The notes under the pieces: model-generated
Seen by the model: only the letters and a program-made list of their open reading frames with translations
Databases searched by the model: none
What the model was told of the DNA's origin: nothing
Origin: Lama guanicoe
Taxonomy: Eukaryota
Length of the DNA: 64,000 nucleotides
Direction of reading: 5' to 3'
Assembly (NCBI GenBank): GCA_013239625.1
Contig: MU054117.1
Location: forward strand, 374,001-438,000
Position numbers and translations under genes: made by a program
Shown here: one piece after another, positions 38,575 through 51,180 of the stretch
Numbering within the stretch: the first letter of the stretch is position 1
Layout of the letters: the number at the start of each line of letters is the position of its first letter

Positions 38575-40379
38575 AAGACTACATCACAGTATGCCCTAAA
38601 TTCTAGCTATTATAAGGAACACTAATTAAAAATATGGATGCTGAGAAGCATGTTATGAAAATAAAGCATCTAGAACATTTTACGGCCACTCTGAAGTTCG
38701 GTCCAAAGTCATTTAACAATTAACCTACACCTGTGAAAATCTTTTCCTCCAAAAATTAAATCTGGAAGTATTTAGTAACATAGCAGATACAAGGGCTGGT
38801 TTGAGGAAGACGAGCCTCACCCACGGGCTGAAGACACACGCCACAGATTAGCATTTCCCCAACAAAGCGCTGCTGAGCGTCCCGCCGGGAACTGAGCTCC
38901 AGCCCCTCTGCCTCAGCTGCCGCCACTCCGCCTGGACAGGTACTGCTGAGCACCGCTGCTCGCCTGGGCCCAGACGGGTCTCCCCTCCAGCACGGACCAG
39001 TCTGAGCTGCTGCCGTTAGCTGTTCACCACTGCTGTGCGGCTCGTTCAGACGCCTCCCCACAGCTTGCCACACTGAGACGCACTCCAGCTCCCAGGCTGT
39101 CGTTCAAGACCTTCCAAGCGGCCTCAACCCACCTTTTCAGGGTCGTCTCCATTTAAACAGAAGCCTTGTGGAGAACGAACCAGCTGTACTTTATCCTCCA
39201 AACAACAGGTATTTCCGAATTCTTGTTCCTGTTGTTTCTTTGAATAAAGGTCCTTCCTTGACCTCCACCCATCCAGTCACAGAGGACAAACATGGCAAAC
39301 GCCTGGGGGAAGGCTGATTTCTGCGACTTCTGGGGCAGAAGCTTGCAGGACGAAGGCTGGCCTGAGTCGTATGTCTGCCTGAGCCCCTGACAGACCTCTG
39401 ATGACTGCTCTCACCTGGACAAACCCGTCTATTAATAAAAGACCCCCACCCTCCACATCCAGACATTTCAAGAAAGAGGGTAAGTCTCAGAAATGACGGT
39501 AATTTCAAATGAGGCCCCGAACCCCGGACTCCAAGCACGGAAGGCGAGAGGACACAGGAGGTGCTTATTTCTCTTTCTGCCTGACGCACCCACCCATCAG
39601 CTATGGATACTGGAAAAGGGGCTCGAAAAGTAGTATCTCAACAGACAATTGAAAATAGGATCAAGGAAATACCATTTTTTAAAAATCTCATCATTTTAGG
39701 AGACTGGTGGGAATCAAAAATAATGCCAGTAGGTTGTCCAGCAGAATAAGTTGCTTTGGAGGAAAAGAATAAACTCTGAGACAACAGAGAAGAAGAGACA
39801 AGTTCCTCATGTAGGATTAACTAAGACTTCTGCATAAATGCAATTTTCTGCTTCTGCTGACACGTAACAAGGGCTCCCAGCACAGCACCTCAGTCACACA
39901 CCAGTGGGAAAACCCTGTTTCCCAGATGCTGGGCATTAGGGGAGCAGCCACATTACGGAGGGGGGACGCTTTCCCCAAAAAGGCCTCCAGGCCGGGACAG
40001 ACAGCCAGTGAACACTAAGGCAAACCTGTCGACCACTTCTGGGTGGAGAGGAAAGACTGCTGACACCTGGAGAGACCCAGAGGGGTGACAGCCTACGCAG
40101 GAAAAGAAAGTGTTTGGTGCAAATGTGAGAGGCTTTTCCCCAAAAAGGCAGTGTGGGTCTGTGGAAGAGAAACACGGGATATGAAATGTAGAATGCAGCT
40201 TAACTGTTAGGGCACAGAGCAACCGACAAATGACAGAGAATCTCCACAGCGTCCCAGACTGCCTCCGTCCAGGAGTGTCCACCTGAAGCTTCGCACCGAC
40301 ATGAGGGGCAAGAAAACTGAGCCCTAAATCAGGACCCCTCTCAAGGGTCCAAAATGAGACTCCAAGTTATGAGGGTAAA

Positions 40380-41220
40380 CAGACAGGTGTCATAGGTGAG
40401 GGGCACTGCACTGCCTTCTGGGCTGGAAGAGAGGGGAGGGCTCCTGTGAAATACGAGAGCTGACCCAAGTACCTCTGGAAACGAGGTAATCTGCGAGATT
40501 AAAGGACAGCAGGCCCCGTCCAGAAGCACTGTACTCTCGTTGGTAAGGCTGTTTCCCATGGGGACACCACTGGACGTGGCACCAGAATGGGACAGTCACC
40601 TGGGTGGGTGGCCGGTGTGGGGCTGGTTCTCCCTCTGCTGCAGTCACGTTTACAGATAAGCAAGAGAGGAGGCAAGAATGGACCACAGAGCAGGCAACTG
40701 GCGATGGAGACATCAGCATGAACTCACGTTTAGTCTCACTGCAGAGATGGCTGCACACAGAAGTATTTATAGACGTGTACACATACACACCAGTGCACAC
40801 ATTTAGCTCCTTGCTCCGTCAGATGAGAGGGCACAGAAGCAAAAGTAACCCAGCAGCAAATAGCACACCTACCACCCAAATCTCAGTTTTTAACATCATT
40901 CTCCAACAAAAGGAAGCAGAGCTCCCGGGAGAAATGACCGATTCCAGGAGAGGGGCAGGAAATACACAAGATGTACCGAGGACCTTCTAGTGTCTGAGAG
41001 TAAGGAAGCACTCCAGAACAAAACAAAACAAAGCACCTCAGAGCAACTGGAAGAGCTCCCAATGGCCAAAGCTGGCACAGCTTAAATCACAAAATAAATA
41101 AACTACTGGATTATGAAAGCATAAAAATACACGATATAAAACAGTGAAATACAAAACGGTGAAACGATAAATACTTATGCATCCATACTGATGAACCTTA
41201 AAAAGAATAAATGAGTCCAA
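40380..41220 (+). mobile_element. L1MD-like 3'UTR fragment
   Basis: gacatcagcatgaactcacgtttag ... cattctccaacaaaaggaagcagagctcccgggagaaatg ... gagctcccaatggccaaagctgg. Confidence 0.75.
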
Positions 41221-41767
41221 TAAAAAAACTGTATTGCTAGGGCCTAACTTGTGTTTTAATGGAGTAGAACACTTCAGCACAGAGAGCTCTGAACTGAAAC
41301 AGAGAAAGCAGCAGAGCGCGGGCAGCAGAGTGCAGGCAGTAGTAGGCAGCATGGCCCCCGGCAAGGCTCAGCTGGCCCGTGGACCCCACAGGTGCGGATA
41401 AGCTGCGGAGAGGCGGGCATCAACACACCGGGTGCTTCACAGAGAAGGTACGAGAGTTCAGTTGGGGAAATCTGGTCCCCGCCTGTCTCAGTTCACTGTG
41501 CCTGAGAAACTCGGGCACGACACACCGGGACGCTGCCGGTGTGAACACGGGGCCACCACACACACAATGTGCAGAGCCGCGCTCCACTGTGGGGGCTGAC
41601 CTGCTGCACCGCCCAGGGCCCTAGGCTGTGCGTCGGGAAAGCCCATGTGAGCAGCCAGGTCTCCACCCTGAGCTGTCTTCTGGAGGGTGGCGGAGGGAGA
41701 GGAAGTTCAAGGATGCGAAGAGCTGCCTCCAAGAGGCAGCTGTACTCGTTTTGACTGCATGTGGCTC

Positions 41768-41815
41768 TCCTTCTTCCTTCTTCCTTCTTCCTTCTTCCAC
41801 CTTCCTTCTTCCTTC
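41768..41815 (+). repeat. CTT/CCTT pyrimidine-rich low-complexity tract
   Basis: ccttcttccttcttccttcttccttcttccaccttccttcttccttc. Confidence 0.85.
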
Positions 41816-42186
41816 AGTATTTCTCGTAGTGAGGAACTGCATCCTTCTTCTGAATCCTTTCTCTAACAGAAAAATCCCAGATGACACTGGCGACTCTTAG
41901 GGATCTGAGTCATACCACCCTGCGCGATCACAGCTGGCAATCTCCAACAGAAAACCAGAATCTTTTAGAATCTGTTCTTCACTGATACAAATAAAATTAT
42001 ACCCTGTCATCTGGCAAGGATAAATAAAATGTTTGAATCTAGGCAGCATCATTGGCAGTCTCCAAGTATCTGTGTGTAATCCAACACTTCAGGGTGAAGA
42101 GGGTGGTTCTCTTTTACTTTTCTCCAGGTTTCTCTTTTTTGTCATATACATTTTTAAAATTTATGTATTTATTTCACAATATCATA

Positions 42187-43171
42187 TTTTTAAAACTGAA
42201 GTATAGATGATGTATAGTATCACATGTTACAGGTATATAATACAGTGACTCACACATTTTTAAAGGCTATATTCCATTTTCAGTCATCATAAAATACTGG
42301 CCACATTCATGTTGTACATACATCCTGGTAGCTTATTTTACACCTGGTAGTTTGTACCTCTTAGTCCTCCACCTCCATCTTGCCCCTCTCCCTCTCCTCT
42401 CCCCACTGGTCACCACTAGTTCCTTCTCTACATCTGTGAGTCTGTTTCTTTTCTGTTATATTCACTAGTGTATTGTATTTTTTTAGATTTCACATGTAAG
42501 TGGTATCTTACAGTATCTGTCTTTCTCTCTCTGACTTACTTCATTTAGTATAACGCCCTCCAAGTCCATCCATGATGTACACCAGAAACTAATACATTTT
42601 AAATCAACTGTACTTCAGTTAAGAAGCAACCAACCAACCAATTTAAAATATGGGCAGAAGAAGTGAACAGACATTTTTCCAAAAGAGGAAATGCAGACGG
42701 CCAACAGGAACATGAAAAGTTGCTCAGCATCACTAATAACAGGGAAATGCAAATCAAAGCCACAATGAGACATCATCTCACACCTGTCAGAATGACCATC
42801 ATCAAAAAGAACACAAGTAACAAATGTTGGCAAGGATGTGGAGAAAAAGGAACCCTTGTACGCTGTTGGTGGGAATGTAAATTGGTGCGGCCACTATGGA
42901 AAGCAATATGGAGGTTTCTCAAAAACCCAAAAGTAGAACCACCATATGTTGCCCAGCAGTTCCACTCCTGGGCATATATACCCAAGGAAAAGAAAAACGT
43001 TAATTCAAAAAGATACATAAACCCCACTATTAACAGCAACATTTATAATTGCCAAGAAATGGAAGCATCCTACATGCACATTAATAGATGAGTGGATAAA
43101 GAAGATGCAGCATAAATGTATGTAATGGAACACAACTCACCCATAAAAAAGGGTATTTTACCATTTGCAGC
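42187..43171 (-). mobile_element. 5'-inverted L1 insertion (antisense 3' arm 42187-42574, sense arm about 42625-43171)
   Basis: The sense arm ends ...ccatttgcagc; the reverse complement of the antisense arm begins catggatggacttggag, nearly adjacent in L1 coordinates. Confidence 0.8.
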
Positions 43172-43214
43172 CCTTTATTCACTTTTTTTTTCCACTTCAA
43201 AAACCAGGATTTTA

Positions 43215-43530
43215 TAACTGGCATAAACATTTCCACTGCATCAAAAACAACAAAATACCTAGAAATAAACTTAACCAAGGAGGTTACCTATACTTTGAAA
43301 ACTGTAAAACACTAATGAAGGAAACTGAAGATGATACAAAGAAATGGAAAGATATCTTGTGCTTTTGGATTAGAAGAATCAACATTATCAAAAAGGCTCT
43401 ACTACCCAAAGCAATTTACAGATCCAACGCAACCCCTGTCAAAATACTCACGACATTTTCACAGAACTAGAAAAGAATTCCAAAATTTATGTGGAACCAC
43501 AAAAGACCCCAAATTGCCAAAGCAATCTTT
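43215..43530 (+). mobile_element. L1 ORF2 internal fragment
   Basis: ENCKTLMKETEDDTKKWKDILCFWIRRINIIKKALLPKAIYR matches L1 ORF2 downstream of the RT domain. Confidence 0.85.
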
Positions 43531-43544
43531 TCTAGGACCTATGA

Positions 43545-44445
43545 AGTCTTTTCAGCCATGTATTTGTTTTCATATTCTTTTTCATTAAAGGTTACTACAG
43601 GATATTGAATATATATAGTTCCCTGTGCTGTACAGTATAAACTTGTTGTTTATCTATTTTATAGTAGTTAGCATCTGCAGATCTCAAACTCCCAATTTAT
43701 TCCTTCCCACCCCCTTCCCCCAAGTCTGTAACCATAAGTTTGTTTTCTATGTCTGTTTGTTTTGCATATTAGTTCATCTGTCTTTTTTTTTTAAGATTCC
43801 ACATATAAGTGACATCATATGGCATTTTTCTTTCTCTTTCTGGCTTATTTCACTTAAAATGACAATCTCTGGGTCCATCCATGTTGCTGCAAATGGCATT
43901 ACTTTAGTCTTTTTATGGCTAAGTAGTATTCCATTGTATAAATATACCATAACTTCTTTATCCAGTCAGCTGTCAATGGACATTTAGGTTGTTTCCATGT
44001 TTTGTCTTTTTGTAAATAATGCTGCTATGAACACTGGGGTGCAGGTGTCTTTTCAAATTAGCAGTCCCTCTGGATATATGCCCAGGAGTGGGATTGCTGG
44101 ATCATACGGTAACTCTATTTTAAGTCTTTTGAGGAATCCCCATACTGTTTTTCACAATGGCTGCACCAAACTGCATTCCCACCAGCAGTGTAGTAGAGTT
44201 CTCCTTATCTCCACACCCTCTCCAGCATTTATCGTTTGTGGACTTTTTAATGATGGCCACTCTGACTGGTGTGAGGTGATACCTCACTGTAGTTTTGATT
44301 TGCATTTCTCTGATAATTAGTGATACTGAGCATTTTTTTCATGTGCCTCTTGGCCATTTGTATGTCTTCATTGGAGAATTGCCTGTTTAGGTCTTCTGCC
44401 CATTTTTGGATTGGTTTTTTTTTTTATTAGTAAGTTGCATGAGCT
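43545..44445 (-). mobile_element. Camelid-type L1 3' fragment (ORF2 C-terminus and most of the 3'UTR)
   Basis: [31 protein letters not shown] on the minus strand; antisense 3'UTR ttccctgtgctgtacagta. Confidence 0.9.
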
Positions 44446-44454
44446 CTTTAAAGC

Positions 44455-44940
44455 CTTTTTATTTTGAAATAACTACAGACTTACAGGAAGTTATAATAAA
44501 CTCCACAGGGAGGGCCTGTGTTCTCCTCTTCACCCAGTTTCCCCCAGTGCTAACATCCTGCCTAAACATTCTAATGCTTAAAAGAATCAGAAAACTGACA
44601 TCTGACCTGTCACCTTGATTCCAGCAGTTCTACGCACACTGATCTGCACACACGTGTACACACACAGTTCACTCTTCTTATTGCTGAGCATACCCACAGT
44701 ACTGGCCGCACCAGTTTACGTAACCATGAACCCAGTGAAGAACATCTGAGGTATTTCCAACAAAACTGCTGTGCGTGCACATGCGCAGGTCGTTTTCTGG
44801 GATAGATGCCCAAGAGTGCAATTCCTGGGTCATCAGGTAAACACATGTTTGTTGAACACTTATGTGCAGAGGTGCTGGGGACACTGTGAACAAAACAGAG
44901 ACATCTCTCACAGAGCTTCTACTTCAGTGAGTACGTCCTG
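44455..44940 (-). mobile_element. Old L1M fragments followed by an L2 remnant
   Basis: ttttattttgaaataactacagacttacaggaag ... cacccagtttcccccagtg; gggatagatgcccaagagtgcaattcctgggtc; L2-like tttgttgaacacttatgtgc. Confidence 0.6.
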
Positions 44941-45703
44941 GTTAAAAAAAAAAAAAGCTGTGGCTAAAAAAACAAATTTTTTTTTTTACAAAAGCACAGA
45001 ACTGGACTAGATTCCAAGACCCTACTAGTACAGAAAGGGCCAAAGAGAACAAGATCAAACTTAAATACAATTAATAAGAACAGTATAAACCCATTCCCTA
45101 AAATTAAATCCCTAAAAATCAAAAATTACCCAGAAAGCTATCCGAGTATCAAGACAGAACTTTCTCTGATGTTGGATCAGTGACTGTCCTCTATCGGCAC
45201 CGTCTAGAGCCCCTGCATGTAGCTATTAAACACTTGAAATGTGGCTCTGGCACCAATTTAAAGTTTTCATATGGGACATTTAGGACGTAACTAAATATTA
45301 GGTACATGAAGAGTCTGTTAACCCACACTGTTAATATGTAGAATTAACAGTTTGAATGTAAAATTCAAAAGCATTTGAGGACTTTAAAGTAGCAAAAGAA
45401 AAGTTTTTACTTATTTGAGAAATTAAACATCAAATCGCTTTTCCAACAAGAAACCGTGAAGTTCTTTTTCATCTTAAGTGGACACTTGGTGTCTTTCGTT
45501 GACCATTCTCTTTAAGGAGCTATTGTTACTGCCTGCATCAGCTTCCCAGAAAGCACTGCTTCTATTCGACATGCAACTAACACAGTAAACTCAAGCGCCC
45601 TCTTACTCAAAGTTCTCACCAGCTCTTTGATTCTGCATAAAAGGAAAACACCCCCTCCTTCTGGCTGAACCCTTGCAGTTGTAAGGCAAGGTTTAGAGAA
45701 TAC

Positions 45704-45831
45704 TTTTTTTTCTTTTTTGGGGGGGAGGATTAGGTTTACTTATTTGTTTATTTAATGGAGGCACTGGGGATTGAACCTAGGACCTCATGCATGCTAAGCA
45801 CGTGCTCTACCACTGAGCTACACCCTCCCCC
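45704..45831 (-). mobile_element. Vic-1-like SINE, long form, with TSD agaa(t/c)acttt
   Basis: Antisense ggaggcactggggattgaacctaggacctcatgcatgctaagcacgtgctctaccactgagctacaccctccccc; flanks 45697-45706 and 45833-45842. Confidence 0.92.
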
Positions 45832-47299
45832 AAGAACACTTTCACTCTTTCTCATTTTATATACCTTCTCCTGTGGGAAACAGCATGATAGTGACATGGC
45901 AGTTCCAAGCTATTAGGTACTGTTACCACCCTGACATCCTCGAAGCTGCTTATCCGTGCATCACCTGGTGCTTCAGACGCCAGCTGAGGAGTTACTGTCT
46001 GTATTAGCCATCAGCGACTTCTCTCTGCACTCAACCAGGGAAGCTGGCTGTGACAGAACCCACCACCCGGGCCTGCAGGGGAGAGCGGTAAGAAGGAGGG
46101 CAGAACTCCGCTCCTTGGGAGACCACCTGTCCCGGAGGCAGGGGTGCCGTGTCGGTCCTTGCAGGAGCCCCCGCGGCTGCAGGCGCGTGTGCTGGTACAT
46201 GCAAGTCCTACTTGGTGGCTCTGAAGCCTGAAGGGCTTAGCCGACCTTTCAGTAGGTCTAAAGAGGAGCAGATCAGCTACGCAAACAAGCGGCCTGTCAC
46301 CACCAGTCTGCTTTTCTCTGGTATGGCTGTACCACCTTCGTCCTCCTCTGCCCACATCTCAAACTGCTTTCCTAGTCTGAATCTTTGTTCCCTGTCAACT
46401 TTCATACATTTGCTCCTGAAGTCCGCTTGTCAGCCAACAGCCTGCTATCGAGGGGTCACACACCTAAATACCTGCAGGGGGTGGGCAGGGCCCTAAAAGG
46501 TGAAGCTGGCTAACCCGGGAAGGAGACTGGGAGGAGCGGGGAGTCCGTCAGAGTCCCCGAAGAGAACAGAGGTGCAGAACTGCCCGGGGAGGGGGCTGTC
46601 ACGACCTTCACTACTTAGTTCAGCAAATTTAAGCTGCTGAGCCAGGAAACAAAGCTGCTGAAAAGTCTCTTCACTATGACTTTTTTCCTCTCTTCTTCTG
46701 AGACAGAATTAGACATGAGTTAACACTTGGGAGTGAATGTGACCTTCTCCCCGCACTGGTGCCTTCCCACCACCGCCCTGGGCTCCCGGAAGTCTGCACA
46801 GGATTCTCACTGCTTAAAGGGACTTTACCCTTTCCTCCTTTCTGAATCTTCCAGGATTGATTTCAAAGATAATAAAACCACTTACAATACAATTACAACT
46901 AGCAAGCCAAGCAGAGTTTTAACAGGGAAATTACCCCGCGGAGTATCACCAAGTGGCAAAACTAACAAGTACAACTAACCTAAAAGCACACCAGCTGACC
47001 TGAACGTACAACTCTCTCCCCACTGCAAATGTCAGTGTCTGCAGGACGTCTGAGTCAGAGGTTGGCTTGCTTGTTAGAAACAAGCTAGCAGAGTTCACCA
47101 CTGCACGAACAAGAGCACTGGAGGTGATACAGCAAGGCTGGTGCTGGCCCAGGAGCCTCAGACTGACCAGTTCTGTGGCTTCGTCAGTCACCTCTGCCTC
47201 CGGGCTACAGCCCAGACCACATCACCATCATGCCACCCTTCTCTTCAGAATGCTCGTCATAAAACATGAAGACGTTAACGTAAGCAGAGTTTTTAGAGA

Positions 47300-47440
47300 G
47301 GTGTGGTCCCTCGGTGTGGTCCCTGGACCTGAATCATCTCTCGTGGGCGCTTGTTAAATGCAAACTGGACCAGCGTATCTCAGGCAGGGCCAGGCTCCAC
47401 ACTCCAACCACCCCACCAGGGTTCACACCACCACCAAAGC
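47300..47440. mobile_element. MER5A-like hAT remnant
   Basis: gtgtggtccctggacc ... gcttgttaaatgcaaa. Confidence 0.5.
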
Positions 47441-48929
47441 GAACAGAGGGGACGCTCTGAAGTCCTACACAGCGTCTTCAAGCACCGCATGCCTGCTTGG
47501 GAGTTCTTTTTCTACTTGCCCTTCTCTCTTTGCATCATCTTCTGAATTCAATTCACTTCCTGAATTTGCATGTTTTTAGAGAGATACAAGTTTCATTCTA
47601 CATAGATGCTCACTCAAAATAAGGTCAATGAGCCTGCCATCCCTTTCTGCAGAGACACAGGTTTAGACCCAAATCTTTCCTTTCCTTTTGAAAGACAAAC
47701 TATGCTTGGTCACAACAGACGGCCTGGTGTGATCTTCTAGAACTTTTATTTTATACTCAAATATATTCCATAAAATTCTCACCTCAAGGTGAGTTATACA
47801 TAATATGTCAATCACACCTCTGTAAATCTTTTTTCCATCAAGCTCTTTAACCAAACAATTACATATCATCTATCCTAATGTTGTTTCTATGTAAAATTCT
47901 TCAACCTAGAAACAGACATCTATCAAGACTGAAAAATAACCCGGTCACAGGTCCAGGACTGCGGTACCTCGACAGCTTGTAACTCTGGCAATATCCTCAA
48001 AAGGAACATTCACTCTTTCAAAAAAGAGGCAGGGGGAGGGGGCTGGGCGGGTGGTGTGCGGATCACAGAGCAAGACACAGGGGAACCATTAAGCCCTCGG
48101 TCCATCTCCCCAGGCAACGCTTGTGTAAAAGGCTTTCGTCGAGTTTGAACACATGATGCATGATTCTATACACACAGTGGTAACTGGTTTTCAAAAACCA
48201 CACAGCAGCACAGATACCATTTAAGAAACCATTTAAATAACACTAAGGGGCCACGTGTGAAGACGATCATCTGATGAGCACTCTCATACTTGAGTCTGCC
48301 ACCATATTCCTCAGTCTTCTGCCAGCAACAGCCCAGACTCCTGACAACAACCAGGACTTGCTACTTCCACACACACCATTTCCCCGTGTTAGAGAGACCT
48401 GGCAATCCTCTGAGTAACTGTGGGGTTAGATACAATCGTCCTAGAGATACACCGATTTCCTGGATGCCAGTTTACTAAATAAATATGCCAGAAAACACAG
48501 GGTAAGCTCCCGTGACCGTCCGCTTGTCAAGCTGAGTACCTGTTTTTTCGCAGCTTATCCAAGATACAAACGTGGCAGAGAGTGGCCAAGGAAGACTAGC
48601 AGTGTATGAAAACCTACCTGGCTGAACCTTCTAGCCTGGGAAATTAATGTTTAAGGAATAAGAGGAGCTACAGTCAGCCATGGCTTCTCAGTCCCAGGCT
48701 GAGAGGGGTGGCGGTGGGGGGGCAGTGGCATTATTCCATTCCTAATAAATCTATTGACAGAAACTGAAATGAAAATTTTTTCTTACAGTGCTTTGCTACA
48801 TACATTCTCTTTCATTTCTTCCCAAGGAAACCTACACCCTGTGGAGGATCACGTACCAGATCGGTCATCCAGAGGGGCCCCAGGGAGTCAGGAGACACGG
48901 CAGACAGCACGGTGTACGGTGGGAAGGAC

Positions 48930-49040
48930 AGGACAGACCTGGATTCAACTCAAATGCCAGGTGCTGCAGTTACTAGATGTGTGACCAGGAGTCAGCACTT
49001 CTCGGAGGCATTTTCAGTCTCTTCTTTAAAGTGTTCGTGC
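48930..49040 (+). mobile_element. MIR fragment
   Basis: cagacctggattcaa ... ttactagatgtgtgacc. Confidence 0.6.
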
Positions 49041-49569
49041 CACAGAGAAGAGGAGTTTGATTTTTCAGTCAACAGGGCAAACAGGACAAGCAATCAGAGA
49101 TGTACATACAGGCAGACTTATCTGAGGACAGCAGGTTTGGGTGTGAGGAAGCCCTTGGACAAACCACTAGTTTCAAACCCTGAGTGATGGTGTTTTTCCT
49201 TTTTGAAAAACGCTGTAAGTGACTATATACATACAGACAGACTCACACAGTTTATACAAATTCAGAAGGCAGTCATACTGTTCCTCCTGGGCTTTTACAG
49301 AGGCAATCATCCCCCCATGCTCTGCATCATTAACAGTCATGTTAATCAAGTATATGTCCTTCCTTGTTCCTCTCAAGGCGCATAAAATCGCATCCCTGTT
49401 TCATACAAACACGAATGCAGACACAAAAACATATGAGGGTTGTCTTTTCTTAACAGATGAACAGTACCCATACTTCTCTGCACACTGCTCTTCTCATCAC
49501 CTTGTGCAAATTCCTCCAAGTCCAGGGGCAGCTCTAATTCATTCTTTTAAAGGCTACCTGGGGGGAGGT

Positions 49570-50610
49570 CACAGGCAGAAAAAGAGAAAACTAGACTTCA
49601 TGAAAATTTTTAAATTTTGCACGTCAAAAGACATCAGCAGAGTAAAGAGGCAACTCACAAAATGAGAGAAAATACTTGTAAATCTGTATCTATTAAAGGA
49701 TTACTATCCAGAATATATAGAGAATCCCTGAAACTCAACAACAAAAACTCCCCAACAACCCAATTAAAAGATGGGCAAAGACCTGAACAGACTTTTCTCT
49801 GAAGAAGATACACAAATGGCCAACAAGCACAAGGGGAGAATGCTCGATAGCACTAACCATTTGGGAAATGCAAATGAAAACTACCATGTAGTATCACCCA
49901 CGTACATGAGGATGGCTACTACCAAAAAGAAAAAAAGAACAGAAAGAAAAAGTACTGGCCAGGATGCAGGGAAACTGGAGCCCTCATCAATGTTGATGAG
50001 AACGTGCACTGGAAAGGCCACTGCAGAGAACAGTGTGGTGGGTCCTCAAGATATTAAAAGTAAAATTACCACATGATCCAGCACTTCCACTTTCGGGTCT
50101 ATACCCAAAAGAAAAGAATTATTTGTGCACCTATGCTAACAGCAGCACTGTCCACAACAGCTAAAATGCGGAAGCAAATCAAGGGTCCACGGATAGACGG
50201 ATAAGCAAACTGTCCTCTACACACACATTCAGCCTTAAAGAAAAGGGGAATTATGACACTAGCTACAGTACCATGCATTACACATGGATGGACCCAGACG
50301 ACATTATGCTCAGTGAAGTAAGCCAGTGACAAGAAGATTCCACTTGAGGCACCTGAAGCAGTCAAAGTCAGAGGAAGAATGTAGAACGGTGGCTGCCAAG
50401 GGCTGGGGGGGTTGAGTGGAGAGCTGCTGTTTAACAGGAACAGTTTCAATTTCAATTTCATAGGATGAACTGAGTTCCGGAGGTGGATGGTGGTGATGGG
50501 TGCACAACGTTATGAATGCAGTTAATGCCAATGAACTGTATGCTTAAAAATGGCTAAGACAGTAAATTTTTATGTTATGTGTATATTACCACAATAAGGA
50601 AATAAATAAA
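49570..50610 (+). mobile_element. L1MB-like 3' fragment (ORF2 end plus 3'UTR)
   Basis: gacttcatgaaaatttttaaattttgc ... gggcaaagacctgaacagac ... ggatggtggtgatgggtgcacaac ... ttttatgttatgtgtatattaccacaa. Confidence 0.88.
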
Positions 50611-51042
50611 ACCACAATGAATCATCACTACCATCCCCCCAAACCCCAAATCCAAGGAGTAACATTTTCTTGGACAAAGTGTGTGCAGTTTTAATTTTAA
50701 CAGATATCAGATTATTTTTCAAAAAGGCATCATCTATCACATTTCTCATTAGCAATGTGTAAGAGCACCCTCTTCTCTTTCGATAACAGACTGCTATCCT
50801 TGTAATTTCTGTCAGTCGGAAGGGCATCTTTTCAGATATCTGTTGGTCATTTAAATTTGTGCATCTGTGATTTCCTCATATTCTTTGCCCACTGTTCCAC
50901 TGGGATGTTGACTCTTTGTCACCTGTTTTGCGAATGCTTTATTCTTAAAATTCTTGTTTGTTCATTGACTTAATGGTACCTTATATTTCACAAATTTCTA
51001 AAGCTCTTCTATGGTCTAATGTCTTTTACACCTTAGGAAAAC

Positions 51043-51180
51043 TGTCAGCAAACTATGGTCTGCCACTTGCTATGACAAATAAAGTTTTATCGAAACAGTG
51101 TTGCCCAATCATTACATAGCACGGTCACGCAACTGCAACAGCGTCTGGCCCTTCACAGAAAATAGTCACCAACCCTTGCC
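51043..51180 (+). mobile_element. MER58A-like hAT MITE, internally deleted
   Basis: gtcagcaaactatgg ... aaataaagttttatcgaaacag ... tctggcccttcacagaaaatagtcaccaaccc. Confidence 0.7.
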
